This document shows, in pieces, positions 21,089-30,375 of a stretch of DNA of 64,000 bases. The stretch comes from Nitrososphaerota archaeon (GTDB taxonomy: Archaea > Thermoproteota > Nitrososphaeria > Nitrososphaerales > Nitrosopumilaceae). Each line of letters opens with the position of its first letter. Within the stretch, counting starts at the first letter, position 1. Both the position numbers and the translations under genes were made by a program. The notes beneath the pieces are model-generated. The model saw nothing but the letters and a program-made list of their open reading frames with translations, did no database searches and was not told the origin of the DNA. Where the stretch lies: positions 836,727 to 900,726 of the forward strand of contig JAGWFT010000001.1 in NCBI GenBank assembly GCA_028867755.1, written 5' to 3'.

Positions 21089-21391
21089 TTATTTGAGGTG
21101 TAGATGTGTTTTGATTTTTAATCGTATTTCAGGAGTTCTCTTCAAAACAGTATTATGAAAGTCTGAGGATTCTTCTAAATCCAGATATCTCTTGTTTCTC
21201 TGCAAAAATCCATCAAAGAAAACGCCGCAGATATATCCGATGTATATTCCATATGAGAAATCTTCAAGGTTGGATATTATTGACAGGGATCTGGCCTCTG
21301 ATAAGATCATCTTAGGATAATCCAGAGCGTATGTTATTACATCATTAAGATTTTTTTCCTCAATTACATCCAGGCCCATGTGACAGCCCAC
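21089..21391 (-). CDS. Hypothetical protein
   Basis: 100-aa ORF; start may be ATG 21379. Confidence 0.6.
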   Translation of the reverse strand: MGCHMGLDVIEEKNLNDVITYALDYPKMILSEARSLSIISNLEDFSYGIYIGYICGVFFDGFLQRNKRYLDLEESSDFHNTVLKRTPEIRLKIKTHLHLK

Positions 21392-21415
21392 CTTTAACTT
21401 GTATTTAGAATTTCT

Positions 21416-21423
21416 GAAATTCT
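21416..21423 (+). repeat. Left target-site duplication GAAATTCT
   Basis: Directly abuts the left TIR; identical 8-mer abuts the right TIR at 23647-23654. Confidence 0.92.
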
Positions 21424-21484
21424 GGTGCTGGGTAATTGGTGAGACCTTGTAGACAAAATTCTTTGCGTTTACCGTCGAGACCTA
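21424..21484 (+). repeat. Left terminal inverted repeat
   Basis: ggtgctgggtaattggtgagaccttgtagacaaaattct-ttgcgtttaccgtcgagaccta; GAGACCT occurs twice (21441, 21477). Confidence 0.95.
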
Positions 21485-21692
21485 AAAAAATTAGATTTTT
21501 TAAAAGGTCAGATTTAGGAAATAAGAATCTACGTTGTGGTTCAGAATCCATAGATCACAACTTACAAAGATGGGTTTGAGGCGATTTTAATGGATAATTT
21601 AGAAGACATTCTAATTATGACTGGAATAATTTTATCAGCACTTGGAATGTTGCCAGAACCTTTAACTTGAAGATGTTAGAGATCGATCAAGT

Positions 21693-23585
21693 TTGCTATC
21701 TTGTGAAAAAATTGCCGTTTTTGTGTGTTTTTCATTGTTATTAATGCCGTTAATCGTTTATGCAGACAATTACAGCAGTAAGGTTGGAAATCAACAGATC
21801 ACTATTGTAATCAGACCTAACAATACTATTGTCTCGAACATAACAAATAACACTGAAGAGGATAACCGACTGGAAAAGATAGCAGCAGAACTTTCTGAAA
21901 ACGAACGATTTTCATGGACTGAGGGGGATGTAATTATTGCATCTTCAACAATTTTTGCGTTTTTTACATTCAGTTCATTTCTAGTTATCAGATTCAAAAG
22001 CAAAAGGGTAGATGATTTACTAGATCTTATTGATACCATAATCACATCGATTCTATGTATACAAATCATACAGATAGGCATAATTATCATGATTTTGGCG
22101 GGTTGGTTCAAGGAAGGTGCATATGCATACTTGTTAGCTGCTACTGGGTTTTGCTTGATTTTAATTGCAGTTTCAATTCGACAAATAATTCATCTTGAAA
22201 ATAGAAGGGGCGAAAAAATCATCGAGGCAGATGCTACATACAAACAAGTTATGGATAAGATACTAGGATCTGAAAATGTAAAGCGTACCATAGAGAATAT
22301 CATAAATAAACCAATAACTGGGGTTAACAAACCATTTGTAGAACCTGAATTCCAAACATCATTGGATGACGATGATGACGATGAAGATGATGCGTTAGGA
22401 ATTGAAAAATTTTCTAAATTTGGTCAGGCTTCCAAAGCAGGATTAGGTGGAGAAATCATAGGACAGAAAGGACTTGGGAAGCTGTCTCTTCTACGCTTTG
22501 GCGAAAAAGTGAATTTTAGAACCAACAACGGTGAAATTGGCATGGATATAATAATGACTCCACAAGATTTTGAATACGATATAAAATCTGCAACTAAATT
22601 TTTAGATCATCAAGGAACACGCATAATAATACCTAGTCCAAAAGGTGTTCCCCCCGTTGACGATTTGGCAAATTATCTAAAGAAAGTTTTTGGTTTACGC
22701 ATTGCAAAAGGAACAGAGATCATTCTCAATGGGGTAAAACTAGAATCTAATTCTAAAATAGATCCTCAAGAAAAATTCTTGTTCAGGCTTTCTGGTGGTA
22801 AAGTAGATGTAACTGGAAACATGAAAGAAGATAAAAAAGGTCACGGAAATGCTGATCTTTACATAAGACATGTTCTTGTCACATCTCTTTTAGTAGACCC
22901 CGAAAGAAAGTTTTCTGGGTGGGTAAATTGTAATGAATTAATCCCTACAACTTCAAGAAACGATGTCGTTAGAGACAGTCATGGCGGGATATTTGATGAT
23001 TTTCTTGTCCATCTTAAAGATTATGTCCGTCGATTTCCAAAGGTTGAAGAGGAAATCACAAAAGATGAAGAATTGTTAGGTAATGAACTTAACAAAATGC
23101 TACGCAATTATCTAAGCGAGTTAAGGATTCTTCCTCAAGGAACTATTTTGATTGGACGAGGGAACGAAAATACCTTAGATAGACAAGATAAAACCAATAA
23201 GAAGGAAAAAATAATCAAGGACACACCTGAAGAAACGCCCGAATATGTCAAAATGCATACCTCACGAAAAACCAACAAACCTATCAAACGGACTGTTAAA
23301 ACCGATTATGGTGTTATGTGGGTAGATCAAAATATTGGAAATGAAAAAGAACCTATCTTTTTTGTAGAACCCAACATGGTTATTAGAAATAGAACAAATG
23401 ATATTTACAAATTCCTAGTGAAAAACAAAGCATCACTTGGTTCAAAACCAATAAGGGCATTTCCTTATCTTGCGAGAGTAGCTGTAAGTATGAACAAAGA
23501 ATCTCCGAAATGGAATCGTGAGCAGTTATTTCTTGAGATGGATAGGGCTATACGATATTTTCTAAAAAATAAAGGCGAACTTTAG
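21693..23585 (+). CDS. Passenger gene: signal peptide plus about 3 TM helices fused to an N-truncated GHKL (MORC/Hsp90-type) ATPase-like domain
   Basis: G2-box-like IGQKGLGKLSL, G3-like GTRIII, S5-like GWVNCNELIPTTSRND; no ExxxN N-box; stop abuts the right TIR. Confidence 0.7.
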   Translation: MLSCEKIAVFVCFSLLLMPLIVYADNYSSKVGNQQITIVIRPNNTIVSNITNNTEEDNRLEKIAAELSENERFSWTEGDVIIASSTIFAFFTFSSFLVIRFKSKRVDDLLDLIDTIITSILCIQIIQIGIIIMILAGWFKEGAYAYLLAATGFCLILIAVSIRQIIHLENRRGEKIIEADATYKQVMDKILGSENVKRTIENIINKPITGVNKPFVEPEFQTSLDDDDDDEDDALGIEKFSKFGQASKAGLGGEIIGQKGLGKLSLLRFGEKVNFRTNNGEIGMDIIMTPQDFEYDIKSATKFLDHQGTRIIIPSPKGVPPVDDLANYLKKVFGLRIAKGTEIILNGVKLESNSKIDPQEKFLFRLSGGKVDVTGNMKEDKKGHGNADLYIRHVLVTSLLVDPERKFSGWVNCNELIPTTSRNDVVRDSHGGIFDDFLVHLKDYVRRFPKVEEEITKDEELLGNELNKMLRNYLSELRILPQGTILIGRGNENTLDRQDKTNKKEKIIKDTPEETPEYVKMHTSRKTNKPIKRTVKTDYGVMWVDQNIGNEKEPIFFVEPNMVIRNRTNDIYKFLVKNKASLGSKPIRAFPYLARVAVSMNKESPKWNREQLFLEMDRAIRYFLKNKGEL

Positions 23586-23646
23586 TAGGTCTCGACAGTA
23601 AACAAGTAGAATTTTGTCTACAAGGTCTCACCAATTACCCAGCACC
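23586..23646 (-). repeat. Right terminal inverted repeat
   Basis: Reverse complement: ggtgctgggtaattggtgagaccttgtagacaaaattct-acttgtttactgtcgagaccta. Confidence 0.95.
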
Positions 23647-23654
23647 GAAATTCT
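23647..23654 (+). repeat. Right target-site duplication GAAATTCT
   Basis: Identical to 21416-21423. Confidence 0.92.
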
Positions 23655-23660
23655 TGTTCG

Positions 23661-23668
23661 TTTATAAA
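23661..23668 (+). promoter_or_regulatory. Probable TATA box of rps25e
   Basis: TTTATAAA 31 nt upstream of ATG 23692, typical archaeal spacing. Confidence 0.6.
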
Positions 23669-23691
23669 TAGGAGGTAGAAAGATTCAGTCT

Positions 23692-24003
23692 ATGGGCGGA
23701 GCAAAGAAAAAATCCCCTGCACAAGCAGAAAAATCTCAGACTGCAGAGGCTGCAAAGAAAGATGGACCTTCAAAGAAAGACAAGAAAGAGCAGAAACAAA
23801 GAACAAACATTTCTGTAATTGTAGACGAAGGACAAGCTATGAGTTTTATAAAAAACTCCAAAGTTTTCACCGTTCAAGAACTGTCTAGGCAAACAAATGT
23901 CAAGGTGTCGGCTGCAAATGCATTTCTGTTAAACTTGTTAAAACAAGGAACAGTAAAGAGAATAGGTGGGTATAGCGGACATCACATCTATGTGCCGTCT
24001 TGA
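23692..24003 (+). CDS. rps25e: 30S ribosomal protein S25e
   Basis: Lys-rich N-terminus, then winged helix (FTVQELSRQTNVKVSAANAFL...HHIY). Confidence 0.88.
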   Translation: MGGAKKKSPAQAEKSQTAEAAKKDGPSKKDKKEQKQRTNISVIVDEGQAMSFIKNSKVFTVQELSRQTNVKVSAANAFLLNLLKQGTVKRIGGYSGHHIYVPS

Positions 24004-24374
24004 AATATAGAAAAAACATCTCCAGGTTTAACCTCTTTTAGCATTTCAATGTTAGATGTTATTTTACCAACCAATGTCATGGGCTTTGCTGATGCAACAT
24101 CTTCTAAAAAAAAGCAAATTGAGCCATTTGATGCCATGAACCCAACTTCTCCTTTTTTGAACTGAGTTCTGAGTTTTTCGCCTCCTGCAGTAAGAGTTGT
24201 ATCCATAAAAGCAATAGAACTTCCCATCATGTGCGAGTTGCCCTCAAGTGGTAGACCTCTTAATATGGCGCCAACAGTTTTTGGTGCAAGATGACGTTTT
24301 AATTCAATTTTCATCTGCACCTTTCCTTTCAAATCTAATACCAGATCAATTTTGGATACAGATCCAGCACTCAT
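23988..24374 (-). CDS. Cyclophilin-like fold protein
   Basis: APKTVGAILRGLPLEG...GEVGF...SICFF. Confidence 0.8.
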   Translation of the reverse strand: MSAGSVSKIDLVLDLKGKVQMKIELKRHLAPKTVGAILRGLPLEGNSHMMGSSIAFMDTTLTAGGEKLRTQFKKGEVGFMASNGSICFFLEDVASAKPMTLVGKITSNIEMLKEVKPGDVFSIFQDGT

Positions 24375-24426
24375 TTTTGAACGAGAGTATTATGAAATAT
24401 ATAACGTTTCTTTCTGTTCGATCGTA

Positions 24427-24930
24427 ATGTCTGATGAACCTGAGGAAGTTAGTGTAGAAACTGAAGAGGTTCAAGCAGAGGAAGAGCCAGTGGTAGTTTT
24501 ACCGCCAGAGCCAGAAACTGTAGAAGTTGTATCTGAGGAAGGAGAAGAAAAACCAGTAACTAAACGAGGAAAGAAAGAACTCTCCCCAGAAGAACTTGCA
24601 GAACAGGAAAGAATACAAAAAATCATTGCAGCAAGAGAAATTATTGAAGTAGATCCTACACACGAACCAATAGAATACGAAACTACTGGAAAGGGAAAGA
24701 TCATGATAGGTCCTCCGACTCTTACACGTTTTGAAAAAGCCAGGATTCTTGGAGCACGTGCATTACAACTCTCACTTGGAGCACCACCATTTATCTCCGT
24801 ACCTAAAGAAGTTGCAACTTCACTTGATTTAGCTTATACAGAACTTGAAAAACGTGTTATTCCAATTACAATAAGACGTGTGTTACCAAATGGGGACTTT
24901 CAGAATATCCCAATTGATCTCTTTGATTAA
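24427..24930 (+). CDS. rpoK: RNA polymerase subunit Rpo6/K with acidic N-terminal extension
   Basis: LTRFEKARILGARALQLSLGAPP...ELEKRVIPITIRR; ATG 24427. Confidence 0.95.
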   Translation: MSDEPEEVSVETEEVQAEEEPVVVLPPEPETVEVVSEEGEEKPVTKRGKKELSPEELAEQERIQKIIAAREIIEVDPTHEPIEYETTGKGKIMIGPPTLTRFEKARILGARALQLSLGAPPFISVPKEVATSLDLAYTELEKRVIPITIRRVLPNGDFQNIPIDLFD

Positions 24931-24985
24931 ATGGATGATTCGTCGATAAGATTTTAATAGAATACCAAAGTCTGTGTGATAGAGT

Positions 24986-25306
24986 TTGTTGAGTGGAATT
25001 GAGGAAAATGTGCAACTAAACGGTGTGTCATCCCACTCAAAAGATAGAAAATTGATCACAATTAATCAACAGCCAGTAATGGAATGGGCGCTTCACATTT
25101 TGACAGAATTGGTACAACATGGGACTGTAACTCTAGAGGCTAGAGGTGACTTGATACCTACGGCAGTTGCTGTAGCAAATATAGTAACTGAAAATATGAT
25201 GAAAGGTAACTCTAGGATAGTTGATATCGTGGTAGATAGTGAAAGCCAAGGAAACTTTGGCCCGCTTGTCTCAATAATTGCAATTACTATAACTAAAACA
25301 AACTAG
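24986..25306 (+). CDS. Divergent Alba-family nucleic-acid-binding protein
   Basis: ITINQQPVMEW...LEARGDLIPTAVAVANIV...VSIIAITI matches the Alba pattern (IGKKPVMNY...KARGRAISRAVDVAE). Confidence 0.7.
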   Translation: MLSGIEENVQLNGVSSHSKDRKLITINQQPVMEWALHILTELVQHGTVTLEARGDLIPTAVAVANIVTENMMKGNSRIVDIVVDSESQGNFGPLVSIIAITITKTN

Positions 25307-25719
25307 AACGCAGTTCCAGGACCTTTGAGAAGCATGCTCTCGCACTCTTTGCATATTGCTTCGTCTATGTTTGATTCCAGCTTGTGATGTATGTCGCAGA
25401 TCAATAGACTTGATTTTATATAATTGCAAAGACCTATGAATTTTGAAAGGCTAGATGGTGTATACGCCATATTGGATGCTAGATTGGCGCAAATGTCACC
25501 TATCATCTCTGATACTTCTTTGACTGCAAGAAGTTTGTTGATAAGTTCAGGATCGCCCCTGGTTCCTCTCACATAGTTGCTAATTGCAGCCTGTGTTACT
25601 CCAAGCATTTTTGAAACTTCCTCTTCCCGTATTTTGTGGTCTTCTATCAGCTTTTTAGCCAAAATAGCTCTTAATGCAGGGATGAGCGTCTTTGTTTCGA
25701 TTTCAGCAGGCAAAAGCAT
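25303..25719 (-). CDS. HTH transcriptional regulator (COG2522-like)
   Basis: MLLPAEIE...IPALRAILAKKL...LGVTQAAISNYVRGTRG; C-terminal CDIH...C..C. Confidence 0.85.
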   Translation of the reverse strand: MLLPAEIETKTLIPALRAILAKKLIEDHKIREEEVSKMLGVTQAAISNYVRGTRGDPELINKLLAVKEVSEMIGDICANLASNMAYTPSSLSKFIGLCNYIKSSLLICDIHHKLESNIDEAICKECESMLLKGPGTAF

Positions 25720-25805
25720 ACAATTTTTTTCTTTTGTAAAATATTTAAAGCTAATCTTTACTGTCATGATAACTTATTTGAGAGATGAGTTGAAAGATCA
25801 ATTAA

Positions 25806-26756
25806 TTGCAAGAGATTTGTTTACAACTCCAGTCACTTGTATCTGATGCTGCTATGAGATGTAAATCTGAAAGCATATCTTTGTCAGGTGGTCTTGACTC
25901 GTCTATTCTGGCATCTTTTCTTGATGCTAAAACAACACATGCATATGCAATGGTAACAAAAGATTTTCCTTCAACAGATCTTGTCAATGCACAAATGATT
26001 GCCAAGATAAATGATCTAAAACTTACTGTGATTTCTGCATCAGTTGACAACCTATTGCAATCAATTGAAGAAACAATTCAAATTCTGAAGGTGTTCAACC
26101 CTATAGAAATTCGAAATAATATTGTAGTTTACCTGACAATGAAAAATGCAAAAAAAGATGGGCTCAGATCTATTATGACAGGTGATGGGGCTGACGAACT
26201 TTTTGCAGGCTATAACTTTTTCCAAAGAATGCAACCATTAGAGCTGCAAAAAGATCTTGAACGAATATGGAAAGTAATGCATTTTCCATCATTGTCTATA
26301 TCGAAGGCTCTTGGAATAGAACTACAGATGCCTTTTCTGGACAAAAAAGTTGTAGAATATGCAAAATCCATACCTTCAGAACTCAAGGTACATGACGAAA
26401 ATGGCAAAAAATATGGCAAATGGATTCTAAGAAAAACATTTGAAAAAACTTTGCCACAGTCAATTACCTGGAGAGATAAGATTGCTATGCAAGATGGCTC
26501 TGGTACGAATGGTCTAACACACTTTTTTGATAGTGCCATATCGGACTCTGTATTTTCTGAAAAGGCAAAAAAATATCTAGAAAAAGAACAAGTTGTGCTA
26601 TCATCAAAAGAAGCACTTCACTATTATGAGATCTATAGGAGATACTATGACTATCCATCTAAACTTGGTTTGTCCAAAAGCAAATGCCCTAACTGTAACT
26701 ATTCTGTTGAAGAAGGATCACATTTTTGCCGAATGTGTGGAAGTTTTCCTATCTAA
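25806..26756 (+). CDS. Asparagine synthase C-terminal-domain protein with C-terminal zinc ribbon
   Basis: LSGGLDSS, TGDGADELFAGY, PFLD, KWILRK; CPNC...CRMC; no glutaminase domain. Confidence 0.85.
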   Translation: MQEICLQLQSLVSDAAMRCKSESISLSGGLDSSILASFLDAKTTHAYAMVTKDFPSTDLVNAQMIAKINDLKLTVISASVDNLLQSIEETIQILKVFNPIEIRNNIVVYLTMKNAKKDGLRSIMTGDGADELFAGYNFFQRMQPLELQKDLERIWKVMHFPSLSISKALGIELQMPFLDKKVVEYAKSIPSELKVHDENGKKYGKWILRKTFEKTLPQSITWRDKIAMQDGSGTNGLTHFFDSAISDSVFSEKAKKYLEKEQVVLSSKEALHYYEIYRRYYDYPSKLGLSKSKCPNCNYSVEEGSHFCRMCGSFPI

Positions 26757-26896
26757 TCTTTCTTCCACTTATTGGGTTTTCTTACAAAAATTCTCTTGCA
26801 CCCGTGGCAGCAAAAGTAGTATTTTTTTCCTTTGTATTCGTGTTCTAGAGCAAGCTTCTCATCTAATTCTATACCGCATACTGGATCCACAGGCAT
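26753..26896 (-). CDS. YHS-domain protein (47 aa); not in ORF track
   Basis: MPVDPVCGIELDEKLALEHEYKGKKYYFCCHGCKRIFVRKPNKWKKD. Confidence 0.88.
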   Translation of the reverse strand: MPVDPVCGIELDEKLALEHEYKGKKYYFCCHGCKRIFVRKPNKWKKD

Positions 26897-26934
26897 GTTT
26901 TGGTTCGTCTGTTATTCGTATTTAAAACTTACAA

Positions 26935-28044
26935 TTATGATGGTGATAGTTTACTAACAAGTTCAGAAAATTCTGCTGTACTCAAAACAGAAGTTTTTGC
27001 TAATTCCAAATTTTCATCCACATGGGAAGGAGATTTTTGTCCAACCAATGGTGCTATCACTCCTGGTGTTGATCTGACAAACTGAATTGCTCTATGTGAT
27101 GGGTGTGTCAACTCTCCAAATTCAGGCAAGACACCTTGACCAAGAAGTTTTGCCTGCATGAGTGGAACACTTGTGAAAACACCTATCCCAAGTTTTATTG
27201 CTGCTTCAAAAATATTGAATGCGACACCATCTTGCATCTGATTCTTCATGGTAAGAGCTTGATCAAGATACATGTTGTATGGAAGTTGAATGAATTTGAA
27301 TCCGTTTTCAGAACCTCCTATATCTCTAGCCATGTTGGCTATGTCAAAAATTGAAAGATACTGTGGATGTTCTTGCGGTACTCTAAAGCAGTCCCATGTG
27401 GCCATTCCATAGTATCTTATTGTTCCAGACTTTCTCTGCTTCTCATAAAATTCAAACACTTCTCCAAGTCTTTTCATAAACTCATCTTTTGTCATATCCT
27501 GTAATTGACCTTCTGCAGCATTGTGTAGATACATCAAGTCAATGCATTCAAGTCCCAAGTTTTTGAGGCTTCTGTTTAATTGATCCTGAAGATACGGTAT
27601 TGTCATACAGTGATATCCTGAAGATATATCGCCAGATTTGATTACACCTGACTTTACAAGAGTATTTTGGATATTTTCCCAAAAGTCCTCTTTTACGTTC
27701 CCATCATTTGTTATGTATCCATTCTTTGTACTTATGAATAATTGATCCCTTTGCGCCTTGTTTTTTTCAATTAGTTGGGCAATTGCTTTACCTACTGATC
27801 TCTCTGCCTTCTGCGATCTGTAGTTGATGGCTGTATCTATGACATTTGTACCCAAAGTAACTGATTTTACCACTGCATCCTTGACTAGCGTGTCTGTTGC
27901 ATCATCTGGATTTCCAAGATACGTGCCTATTCCAATAGATGATAATGCCAGTCCATTGAATTGTTTGAAATGATTCTTTGCCACATTAGTATGGTTTTTT
28001 GCAAACTCTAAAGTTCCCTCTGGAGTGGAATATCCTGATATCAC
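26935..28044 (-). CDS. Aldo/keto reductase
   Basis: IGIGTY, DTAINY, ISTKNG, LMYLHN, IQLPYN. Confidence 0.9.
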   Translation of the reverse strand: MISGYSTPEGTLEFAKNHTNVAKNHFKQFNGLALSSIGIGTYLGNPDDATDTLVKDAVVKSVTLGTNVIDTAINYRSQKAERSVGKAIAQLIEKNKAQRDQLFISTKNGYITNDGNVKEDFWENIQNTLVKSGVIKSGDISSGYHCMTIPYLQDQLNRSLKNLGLECIDLMYLHNAAEGQLQDMTKDEFMKRLGEVFEFYEKQRKSGTIRYYGMATWDCFRVPQEHPQYLSIFDIANMARDIGGSENGFKFIQLPYNMYLDQALTMKNQMQDGVAFNIFEAAIKLGIGVFTSVPLMQAKLLGQGVLPEFGELTHPSHRAIQFVRSTPGVIAPLVGQKSPSHVDENLELAKTSVLSTAEFSELVSKLSPS

Positions 28045-28074
28045 AAAATGGCTTTAGACGTGGTTGATTTAACT

Positions 28075-28977
28075 CTACTGAGCAATTCTTACAAGATAAT
28101 CTACAATAAAACTGACAACAAGTAAAATTCCGGTGATTCTACTGTATGACACAAAATCTTTCATTATGGGCACAATCTCCTCTATCTGATCAAACCTTTG
28201 TTTCAATGATATGCCAGATTTTATTGCTATAGGTAAGGTTGCAAGTGTGATAAGGGACACAATTGGAAAAAAATGTAATGCGACAGATATTATGATGATT
28301 CCGTATGATACAGCTGGAAAGATCCATATGCTTGATGCCGCCCTTGCTTTTCCAAGCAATATGACAAGTGTTTTTCTTCCATGAGCCTTATCTGCATCAT
28401 GATCTGGAAATGAATTTACAAAAAGAATGGTTGATGATAAAATTCCAGACACTGCTCCAGCAAGAATGGGCTCAGTAGTTATGTGTGAAGCTTGTACAAA
28501 ATACGTTCCAAGCACTATCATGGCACCCTTTATGGCAACAAACACTTCTCCTAGACCAGAATCAACTATCCTAGTGGAGTAAAAATAAATCGAAATAACT
28601 GCAAATCCCAAGATTATTGCGATTATTACCCCTCTTTCAAATACAAAATATGCTCCAATTAAAGAGCCAATGATTAGCAAAATAATTCCTGCACGATAGA
28701 CTTCGGATGGCCTGAGTAGTCCTTCAGGCAAAACTCCTGTACCGCCACTGAATTTAGTTCTCTTAGTTTCGGTATCTATCTTTCTTTTGTAATCCCAATA
28801 ATCATTTAGTAAATCCACGCTAGCATGCAGTGCTATGACTCCCACTAGCGTTAATACGAAGAATTCTAGGTTGATTGTAGTATTTTGCCACCAATTTATG
28901 ACAGCTCCGAGAAAAACTGAGATGACTGATGCAAGTAGAAATCTGATTCTAACTGCACGTAGCCAGTATGACAACAT
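28075..28977 (-). CDS. UbiA/MenA-type prenyltransferase
   Basis: NDYWDYKRKID and NSFPDHDADKAHGRKTL Asp-rich motifs; multi-TM. Confidence 0.88.
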   Translation of the reverse strand: MLSYWLRAVRIRFLLASVISVFLGAVINWWQNTTINLEFFVLTLVGVIALHASVDLLNDYWDYKRKIDTETKRTKFSGGTGVLPEGLLRPSEVYRAGIILLIIGSLIGAYFVFERGVIIAIILGFAVISIYFYSTRIVDSGLGEVFVAIKGAMIVLGTYFVQASHITTEPILAGAVSGILSSTILFVNSFPDHDADKAHGRKTLVILLGKARAASSIWIFPAVSYGIIIISVALHFFPIVSLITLATLPIAIKSGISLKQRFDQIEEIVPIMKDFVSYSRITGILLVVSFIVDYLVRIAQ

Positions 28978-29036
28978 TATGTAATATCCGTGTGTTGGTC
29001 TATTTCGGTATATGGTTTGTAAATCAGGGCAACTAT

Positions 29037-29441
29037 CTATCGTAGTTTTTCCAAATCGACAGTTTCTATTGGTTTTCTACCATTGAAGCCTTCATCTTTT
29101 CCATGCCAAAACTTGATCTCAGTCTCTCCTTCTTTCCAGCAAAGCCATATCTCTTCATTAAATCGAAGTGATGGAAAATCCAATAATCCTTCGTCTAGAC
29201 TTTTTATGACTATGCCAGTACTTTCAGTGTCTTCTATTGCTTTGTAAAAGTTAGAGATGGCTGTATTGAGCTCTTGTTTCTTAAGTACATAGTCTTTGAA
29301 GCTAGACATGTACTTTGGATTTGTCTCTATCTCAGTTTGAATTCTTACTACTTCATTTTTTAAATTCACCATCTCTTTGAATTTCTTAATTATGGAAGGA
29401 AGCATTGCATTTGCCTCTTTTAGCGTAAAGTGGGAAAACAT
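29037..29441 (-). CDS. DUF2203 family protein
   Basis: FTLKEAN...GLLDFP...LCWKEGE..IKFWH...GFNGRKPI. Confidence 0.88.
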   Translation of the reverse strand: MFSHFTLKEANAMLPSIIKKFKEMVNLKNEVVRIQTEIETNPKYMSSFKDYVLKKQELNTAISNFYKAIEDTESTGIVIKSLDEGLLDFPSLRFNEEIWLCWKEGETEIKFWHGKDEGFNGRKPIETVDLEKLR

Positions 29442-29480
29442 TACAACACTAGCACGATGGCCCAGTTAAAAGTATTAAGT

Positions 29481-30332
29481 CTAGATCATTGATGATATCA
29501 CTTCAGCAATCATTCTTGATGCTAGATGCGATGTTCTATCTTTTATGTCGTAGCTTGGACAGACTTCCATAATGTCAAGCCCAACGATCCCTCTTTTTGC
29601 TATTGATTTGAGAAGATACACCACCTCTAGATTTCTCAGCCCTAGTGGGACAGGAACAGATACTCCAGGTGCGTATGCAGGGTCAACTGCGTCCATGTCT
29701 ACTGAAACGTAGACGTTTTGTCCAATCTTATCAAGTATAGATTCTTCGATTTTTGTAATGCCATTTTTGAGAATGTCAAGAGGGGTTACCACTGATAAGC
29801 CATATTTTTTGATGTTGTCTATCTCCTCTTGTTCTGGAGTCCTTATTCCTATCTGAACACTTGATTTTGTATCAATGTCAGACAAGACATCATACAAGAC
29901 AGAGCCGTAATAGCCCCTCGAAGAGCCAATGAAATCAGGATGTGCATCAAAATAGACTAGTGATACCTTGCCATATTTTTTTGATATTGACTTGACAATC
30001 TCAGTTGTGATGGCATGATCGCCTCCTATGGATATTGGAATTTTTGAGCTTGAAATTATCTTGTGTATTGTGTCATTGACTTCGGTCCTCAATATGTTAC
30101 CATAATCATACACTTTCTTGTTTATGCCACCAAATGGCAAGCCTGTTGAGATCTCATCTTCTCTTTTGTATGTGTCTCTTATGTTAGAAATCTCTCTTAT
30201 TTTGTGCGGTGCCTCAGAAGTTCCTTTACGTAATGAATGAGATTTTGATTCATCAGGTATTCCCAAAATAACTACATTAGAGTCATCAAAGTTTTTGGTA
30301 TTTGCCCAGCATATGTTCACACTCATACTCAC
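29481..30332 (-). CDS. Agmatinase/arginase (ureohydrolase) family protein
   Basis: GGDHAI, DAHPD, DMDAVDP, EVCP metal-binding motifs. Confidence 0.9.
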   Translation of the reverse strand: MSMSVNICWANTKNFDDSNVVILGIPDESKSHSLRKGTSEAPHKIREISNIRDTYKREDEISTGLPFGGINKKVYDYGNILRTEVNDTIHKIISSSKIPISIGGDHAITTEIVKSISKKYGKVSLVYFDAHPDFIGSSRGYYGSVLYDVLSDIDTKSSVQIGIRTPEQEEIDNIKKYGLSVVTPLDILKNGITKIEESILDKIGQNVYVSVDMDAVDPAYAPGVSVPVPLGLRNLEVVYLLKSIAKRGIVGLDIMEVCPSYDIKDRTSHLASRMIAEVISSMI

Positions 30333-30375
30333 AATTTTTAATTATAAAAAATGACTGGTAATACTCATAGTTTGG

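Larger units (their letters stand above)
21424..23646. mobile_element. Non-autonomous transposable cassette (MIC/MITE-like with passenger gene), 2,223 bp
   Basis: 61-bp terminal inverted repeats (56/61 identical, first 39 perfect), exact 8-bp flanking direct repeat, single internal ORF, no recognisable transposase. Confidence 0.9.

Noticed and set aside
21590-21670. 26-codon ORF MDNLEDILIMTGIILSALGMLPEPLT inside the cassette
   Set aside because: Too short, with no recognisable motif; could be a membrane peptide or remnant but unsupported.
21693-23585. Cargo ORF as the element's transposase
   Set aside because: It has TM helices and GHKL-like motifs; I found no DDE, HUH or serine-recombinase pattern by eye.
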